This document shows, piece by piece, positions 58,931-64,000 of a stretch of 64,000 bases of DNA. The notes beneath the pieces are model-generated. The model did not search any database, had not been told where the DNA came from, and saw only the letters and a program-made list of their open reading frames with translations. The position numbers and the translations under genes are program-made. This DNA comes from Escherichia phage moha. Position 1 is the stretch's first letter; every line of letters begins with the position of its first letter. The stretch is taken from sequence record MN850590.1. One strand, written 5' to 3'.

Positions 58931-59098
58931 ATGTCAGATAAGATTTGTGTTGTCTGTAAAACTCCAATCGATTCTGCATTGGTTGTTGAAACAGACAAAG
59001 GTCCAGCACATCCTGGTCCTTGTTATAACTATGTCCAACAATTGCCGGTTTCAGAAAGTTCAGAAGAGCAATTGAACGAAACCCAACTTTTACTATAG
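58931..59098 (+). CDS. small CxxC protein (uvsY.-2-position), unlisted ORF
   Basis: 55 codons; AGGAGG RBS 6 nt upstream of ATG 58931; MSDKICVVCKTP...PGPCYNY; preferred over overlapping minus-strand ORF 58929..59135. Confidence 0.5.
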   Translation: MSDKICVVCKTPIDSALVVETDKGPAHPGPCYNYVQQLPVSESSEEQLNETQLLL

Positions 59099-59124
59099 TG
59101 TTACCTTTTTTGCCTATGGTTTTT

Positions 59125-59155
59125 GGCCCTTCCAAAAAGGTCGGGCCTTTTTTTT
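59125..59155. terminator. bidirectional terminator between uvsY-region genes (+) and uvsW.1 (-)
   Basis: GGCCC...GGGCC stem with T8 run downstream and A/T run upstream. Confidence 0.55.
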
Positions 59156-59157
59156 AA

Positions 59158-59388
59158 TTAGAAGTCTTCTTCCACATCCTCATCATCGCCTTCAAGTTCG
59201 GCACGCTTACCTGCTAAGGCATCCCTGACAGAAATATCATCTGTATCTTTTAATTCCGTTTCTTTTATACGTTTCTTATAATAAGCTTCCAATTCTTCAA
59301 GCCCTTCTAGGGTATGACAACTAGCAATTTTACCCATGAATTCGTCAATAGATGCTTCGTATAAAAATTGTTTAAATTCAAGTACCAT
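59158..59388 (-). CDS. uvsW.1: UvsW.1 small acidic protein
   Basis: 76 aa = T4 UvsW.1; downstream of uvsW on same strand. Confidence 0.7.
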   Translation of the reverse strand: MVLEFKQFLYEASIDEFMGKIASCHTLEGLEELEAYYKKRIKETELKDTDDISVRDALAGKRAELEGDDEDVEEDF

Positions 59389-59413
59389 TTTTATCTCCTA
59401 AGGGCCGAAGCCC

Positions 59414-60928
59414 TTATAAATTAATTGTTTTCATTACATAGTTAAATTTCTCATCAGCGTAACGTTGGATACGATCAATACCGTGTTTTAACAAGTAATT
59501 AAGATGAGTATACTTCTTTTTAGTATTTAATGATTTAGGTTTTACACCTGCATCGTCGATGAGATCCCAAACTGTAGCAACAGATTTAGAACCATGCTTG
59601 CGAAGCACACGACCTACGGTTTGAAGTACGATAATTTTTGATTTAACACCATGGGCAAAAATAACATGATGAAGATTCTTGACTGAAATACCAGTAGAGA
59701 ATACTCCATATGATGCGACAATAATAATGCCTTTACCATTTTCTGCCATGACTTTAAGCGCGTTACGTGTTTCAGTATCAACTTCGCCTGATACGTAATA
59801 AACTTTTTCGTATCCAAGCTCTTTAATAGCTTCAAATATTTCTTTACCGTGTGTAACGTGTTTAAACATTACAAAGGCGTTCTCGTCTTTCTTAGCCAAT
59901 TTGACTGAAAGTTGAGCAATCCACTTTGTACGACGTTTTAGTCCGGTAATAATTTTAACTTCTTCTTGGTATGTTTTACCTTTTAATTTGGTGGCGAATT
60001 CGTCTGGATAACGAAGGAAAATACTATTAATCTTAAGCTCAGTTACCTGTCCATCTTCCATTAATTTAGACGTGCTAACAGGACGGAAGATTTCGCCGAA
60101 CATACCTACGTACTGCATTACATTGGCCTTTCCGTCTCTTAATGAGCCAGATAAACCGAATTTAAACATACAATTATTTAATCCTGCGATGATTGAAGAA
60201 ATACTTTTGCCTGTTGCTAAGTGGCATTCATCGTTCATCATCATACCGAACTGAGAGAACCATTCTTTAGGCTGCTTAACTACCGTTTGCCATGTGCCAA
60301 CAATAATTGGAGCGTCGTTTTTAGCTCTGTCTGCTTTATCAGCACCACCGCCAATTTTCTTAATCATCGAATGACTAAACAAGCGATAATCAACAAAATC
60401 ATTAGCCATCTGGGTTGTCAATGCTGTTGTAGGGACGATAATGAGAATTTTACCTTCATAGTTCTCTAGATAATACCGAGCTAAAAGTGCTTGGATTAGT
60501 GATTTACCTGCTGATGTCGGAAGGTTTAAAATTCGACGTCGATTAACTAGTCCTTCATATACTGCATCTTTTTGATACCAATGTGGTTCGATTTTGGAGT
60601 TGCCTGAATAAATTTCTTGTTTAGAAAGCCATGCGTCAAAATCTTCTCTGGTAAGGTCTTCGGTCTCAAAGATTTTAGGGTCAATCCATACAGAATAACT
60701 CATATTGCTACAGAACTTTTTTATTTGTCCTACAAGGCCATATGGTAACAAACGGTTGTAATCTAAAAGACGAATTCTACCATCCCATTGCCCATAGCGA
60801 TATTTTGGGTTAAATTTATACCCGTCAGCCTCAAAGCTAAAAAAGTCACGAAGTTCGTAAAACGTACTTTCGTCGCATTCAATGCGCACGTGACTAAAAT
60901 CATAAAAATGTACTTTAATGTCAGTCAT
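59414..60928 (-). CDS. uvsW: DNA/RNA helicase UvsW (SF2)
   Basis: 504 aa; Walker A PTSAGKS, motif II NDECH; late promoter upstream. Confidence 0.9.
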   Translation of the reverse strand: MTDIKVHFYDFSHVRIECDESTFYELRDFFSFEADGYKFNPKYRYGQWDGRIRLLDYNRLLPYGLVGQIKKFCSNMSYSVWIDPKIFETEDLTREDFDAWLSKQEIYSGNSKIEPHWYQKDAVYEGLVNRRRILNLPTSAGKSLIQALLARYYLENYEGKILIIVPTTALTTQMANDFVDYRLFSHSMIKKIGGGADKADRAKNDAPIIVGTWQTVVKQPKEWFSQFGMMMNDECHLATGKSISSIIAGLNNCMFKFGLSGSLRDGKANVMQYVGMFGEIFRPVSTSKLMEDGQVTELKINSIFLRYPDEFATKLKGKTYQEEVKIITGLKRRTKWIAQLSVKLAKKDENAFVMFKHVTHGKEIFEAIKELGYEKVYYVSGEVDTETRNALKVMAENGKGIIIVASYGVFSTGISVKNLHHVIFAHGVKSKIIVLQTVGRVLRKHGSKSVATVWDLIDDAGVKPKSLNTKKKYTHLNYLLKHGIDRIQRYADEKFNYVMKTINL

Positions 60929-60957
60929 GTCAAATTACCATGTAATAAATATAGTTA

Positions 60958-60965
60958 TATTTATA
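60958..60965 (-). promoter_or_regulatory. late promoter for uvsW
   Basis: tatttata on + strand 30 bp upstream of uvsW start codon. Confidence 0.4.
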
Positions 60966-60978
60966 ATGAGGAAATACC

Positions 60979-61647
60979 ATGATCGATAAAGACTATATTG
61001 AAGAGTTACGTGCTCTTTCTGATAAAAAGGAAGCCAAAGCTAAACTGTTCGAATATGCGAAACAATTTGGCATTAGTGTTAAGAAAACAAAATCATTCGA
61101 TAATATTGTTATTGATATCGAAGAAGCTCTTAACGCACTGGCTGATGAACCATTACCTGAAACCGATGGATTATCTATCACCGATTTAATTACTGCCGCA
61201 GATGATGTGGACGGTGTTAATTTCACCAACGAAGAAGTTAAAGAAGAAGCTATTCTGTTGTTTGATTCTCCAACAGAACAAGTTGAAGTATTAGAAGTTG
61301 TCGAACAAGAAAAAGAATTCGACCATGATAAATTCGAAGAAGCAATTACTCAGGTTGTTGAATCCGAAAAAGAGCCTGATCCAGAGGTAAATAAAGAAGT
61401 AAAATTTGTTCTGCCTGAAAATTTTAGTCCTACACTCATTAAATTAGGCAAAGGCCCAGGATATGTTACTGTTCCTTGGTGGATTTATCAATGGATAGCC
61501 GAAACCCCAGATTGGAAATCTCGCCCAACCAGTTTTGTGCACGCTTCTGCTCACCAAACATTATTTAGCTTAATTTATTATATTAATCGCGATGGATCAG
61601 TTCTAATTCGTGAAACTCGTAATTCTTCTTTCGTAACATTAAAATAA
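60979..61647 (+). CDS. inh: inhibitor of prohead protease (Inh)-position protein
   Basis: 222 aa (T4 Inh ~226 aa); acidic; located between uvsW and hoc; assignment by synteny. Confidence 0.55.
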   Translation: MIDKDYIEELRALSDKKEAKAKLFEYAKQFGISVKKTKSFDNIVIDIEEALNALADEPLPETDGLSITDLITAADDVDGVNFTNEEVKEEAILLFDSPTEQVEVLEVVEQEKEFDHDKFEEAITQVVESEKEPDPEVNKEVKFVLPENFSPTLIKLGKGPGYVTVPWWIYQWIAETPDWKSRPTSFVHASAHQTLFSLIYYINRDGSVLIRETRNSSFVTLK

Positions 61648-61656
61648 GGATAACTT

Positions 61657-62787
61657 ATGGCTTTTACAGTTGATATAACTCCTAAAACACCTACTGGAGT
61701 TATAGATGAGACTAAGCAGTTTACTGCTGCACCCAGCGGTCAAACTGAAGGTGGAACTATTACCTATGCATGGAGTGTAGACGATGCTCCCCAAGAAGGA
61801 TCAGCAGAAACTTTTGATTATGTGTTAAAAGGACCTGCCGGAACAAAAACAATTAAAGTTGTTGCAACAAATACTATTCCTGATACTGACGCTGAAACAG
61901 CAGAAGCTACTACAACTATCACAGTTCAAAATAAGACACAGACGACTACCTTAGCCGTAACTCCTGCTAGTCCTTCAGCTGGAGTAATTGGAACCCCAGT
62001 TCAATTTACTGCCGCCTTAGCTTCTCAACCAGCTGGAGCGTCTGCTACGTATCAGTGGTATGTAGATGATTCACAGGTTGGTGGAGAAACTAACTCTACA
62101 TTTAGCTATACTCCAACTGCAAGTGGAGTAAAAAGAATTAAATGTGTAGCCCAAGTAACCGCGACAGATTATGATGCAAAGGAAGTTACTTCGAATGAAG
62201 TATCATTAACGGTTAATAAGAAGACAATGAATCCACAGGTTACATTGACTCCTCCTTCTATTAACGTTCAGCAAGATGCTTCGGCTACATTTACGGCTAA
62301 TGTTACGGATGCTCCAGAAGAAGCGCAAATTGCGTATTCATGGAAGAAAGATTCTTCTCCTGTAGAAGGGTCAACTAATGTATATACCGTTGATACCTCG
62401 TCTATTGGAAGTCAAACTATTGAAGTTACTGCAACTATTACTGCAACTGATTACGATAGCAAAACTATTACAGCAGAAGGTCAAGTTCAGGTAACTGATA
62501 AAGTTGCTCCGGAACCAGAAGGTGAATTACCTTATGTTCATCCTCTTCCACATCGTACTTCAGCTTACATCTGGTGCGGTTGGTGGGTTATGGATGAAAT
62601 ACAAAAAATGACTGAAGAAGGTAAAGATTGGAAAACTGAAGATCCAGATAGTAAATACTACCTGCATCGTTACACTCTTCAGAAGATGATGAAAGACTAT
62701 CCGGAAGTTGATGTTCAAGAATCACGTAATGGATACATCATCCATAAAACTGCTTTGGAAACTGGTATCATCTATACATATCCATAA
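61657..62787 (+). CDS. hoc: highly immunogenic outer capsid protein Hoc (Ig-like domains)
   Basis: 376 aa = T4 Hoc; recalled near-identity over N-terminus and C-terminal capsid-binding region. Confidence 0.9.
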   Translation: MAFTVDITPKTPTGVIDETKQFTAAPSGQTEGGTITYAWSVDDAPQEGSAETFDYVLKGPAGTKTIKVVATNTIPDTDAETAEATTTITVQNKTQTTTLAVTPASPSAGVIGTPVQFTAALASQPAGASATYQWYVDDSQVGGETNSTFSYTPTASGVKRIKCVAQVTATDYDAKEVTSNEVSLTVNKKTMNPQVTLTPPSINVQQDASATFTANVTDAPEEAQIAYSWKKDSSPVEGSTNVYTVDTSSIGSQTIEVTATITATDYDSKTITAEGQVQVTDKVAPEPEGELPYVHPLPHRTSAYIWCGWWVMDEIQKMTEEGKDWKTEDPDSKYYLHRYTLQKMMKDYPEVDVQESRNGYIIHKTALETGIIYTYP

Positions 62788-62792
62788 TAGTA

Positions 62793-62820
62793 AGGGGCTT
62801 CGGCCCCTTTCTTCGTTTTT
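62793..62820 (+). terminator. intrinsic terminator after hoc
   Basis: AGGGGC-TTCG-GCCCCT then TTCTTCGTTTTT. Confidence 0.65.
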
Positions 62821-62882
62821 AAAGCATACAAAACACAACTTGAGATTGATGTATATAATGGCACAAACCAAATAGTACGGGA

Positions 62883-63083
62883 TTGATTATGAGAACTGAA
62901 GTTGAAGTTTATACATTACATGAGGCGGGATTTTCATTCGTAGAAATTGCTCAAAAAATTGGTTTACAACCTAAAGAAGTTGGATTACTATGGACTAAAG
63001 CCGAGACAGCTCGGTCAAAGTTTAAAGCAAAAGAAAAAGTTGTATACCGTAAACGTTTGATTAACAAAAAGGTGAAGAAATGA
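62883..63083 (+). CDS. hypothetical protein (24.3-position)
   Basis: 66 aa ORF. Confidence 0.5.
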   Translation: MIMRTEVEVYTLHEAGFSFVEIAQKIGLQPKEVGLLWTKAETARSKFKAKEKVVYRKRLINKKVKK

Positions 63084-63331
63084 GTTTTGCACAGGAATTA
63101 AGAGAAAGGGCACTGGCCACTAAAGCTAATTTGTTGAGTGATTTTATTACTAACTTCTCTGTGATGGCAGAGAAAGCCGCTGACAAAGGCCAGACACAAT
63201 TCACGTACTACCCGTCAAAGAACGATTTAACTATCACTGAGCAAGTTGGGCAGTGGTTACGTGATAACGGCTTTCAGTATAAAATTAATCACGACCAACG
63301 TGACGGACATTGGATAGAAATCAAGTTCTAA
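63080..63331 (+). CDS. hypothetical protein (24.2-position)
   Basis: 83 aa ORF. Confidence 0.5.
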   Translation: MSFAQELRERALATKANLLSDFITNFSVMAEKAADKGQTQFTYYPSKNDLTITEQVGQWLRDNGFQYKINHDQRDGHWIEIKF

Positions 63332-63333
63332 TA

Positions 63334-63359
63334 TGCTTTACATTTTTTGATGGTATAAT
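63334..63359 (+). promoter_or_regulatory. middle (MotA-dependent) promoter upstream of rnlB
   Basis: MotA box TGCTTTA 63334-63340, 13 nt, -10 TATAAT 63354-63359; -35/-10 spacing too short for a sigma70 early promoter. Confidence 0.45.
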
Positions 63360-63450
63360 GAATCTAGGTTCTATCCATTCAAATTAAACATCGGGTCGGA
63401 GACAGAGTCTCTGCTAATTATTTTGATATTATTATTTATAATGGTGATTT

Positions 63451-64000
63451 ATGTTTAAGAAATACAGCAGTCTTGAAAACCACTACAACTCTAAGTTTAT
63501 TGAAAAACTCTACACTAACGGTTTGACTACTGGTGTTTGGGTAGCACGTGAGAAAATCCATGGGACTAACTTCTCGTTAATAATTGAACGTGACAACGTC
63601 ACATGCGCCAAGCGCACAGGCCCTATTCTTCCAGCAGAAGATTTTTATGGTTATGAAATTGTACTCAAGAAGTATGATAAGGCTATTAAAAACGTTCAAG
63701 AAGTAATGGGTAGTTCTCGAGCTGTATCATATCAGGTCTTTGGTGAATTCGCTGGTGGTGGAATCCAGAAAGGTGTTGACTACGGTGAAAAAGATTTTTA
63801 TGTGTTCGATATCCTTATCAATACAGAAAGTGGTGATAATACGTATTTGACCGATTACGAAATGCAAGATTTCTGTAATGAATTCGGTTTTAAAATGGCA
63901 CCAATGCTTGGTCGTGGCACATTTGATGCTCTTATCATGATTCCAAACGACCTTGATTCTGTCTTAGCCGCTTATAATGCTACTGCGTCAGAAGACCTTG
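63451..64000 (+). CDS. rnlB: RNA ligase 2, N-terminal part (runs off window end)
   Basis: N-terminus [21 protein letters not shown] and nucleotidyl-transferase motif KIHGTN match T4 Rnl2; MotA-box promoter upstream. Confidence 0.85.
   Translation, partial: MFKKYSSLENHYNSKFIEKLYTNGLTTGVWVAREKIHGTNFSLIIERDNVTCAKRTGPILPAEDFYGYEIVLKKYDKAIKNVQEVMGSSRAVSYQVFGEFAGGGIQKGVDYGEKDFYVFDILINTESGDNTYLTDYEMQDFCNEFGFKMAPMLGRGTFDALIMIPNDLDSVLAAYNATASEDL

Overview
This 64-kb window is a contiguous segment of a T4-like (T-even, Tevenvirinae) myovirus genome, collinear with the T4 map but not T4 itself. All calls rest on reading the sequence: motifs I can see, protein lengths, gene order, and recalled similarity to T4 proteins; no database search was run. 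Gene order on the + strand is: early genes (uninterrupted topoisomerase gene 39, a glycosyltransferase-like ORF, rIIA.1, rIIA, rIIB, a block of small ORFs, ndd, gene 52, motA, six small ORFs, asiA). The long-tail-fibre operon then lies on the - strand (34, 35, 36, 37, 38, holin t). The + strand resumes with the replication and nucleotide-metabolism cluster (rnh, dsbA, 33, 59, 32, frd, td, nrdA, nrdB, denA, rnlA, alc, spanin pair, pseT, cd, 31, rIII, small ORFs, DNA ligase 30, alt). The baseplate-hub genes follow (54, 48, 29, 28, 27, 51 on -, 26 and 25 on +), then uvsY, uvsW.1 and uvsW (-), inh, hoc and the start of rnlB. Regulatory punctuation is dense: about 15 sigma70-type early promoters (GTTTAC -35, extended TGnTATAAT-like -10), MotA-box middle promoters, TATAAATA late promoters and GC-stem/UUCG hairpin terminators. 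No tRNA, CRISPR array, intron or homing-endonuclease gene was seen. The most interesting observations are: (1) a GT-B/GT4-like glycosyltransferase ORF at the position where T4 carries gene 60 and mobA; (2) inverted repeats centred on the -10 element of many early promoters, with one compensatory change between two near-identical promoter copies; (3) a 263-bp non-coding, GC-elevated region after rIII that leads into an unlisted 59-codon lysine/arginine-rich ORF. I did not find a clearly novel multi-gene system; these are leads, not demonstrations.
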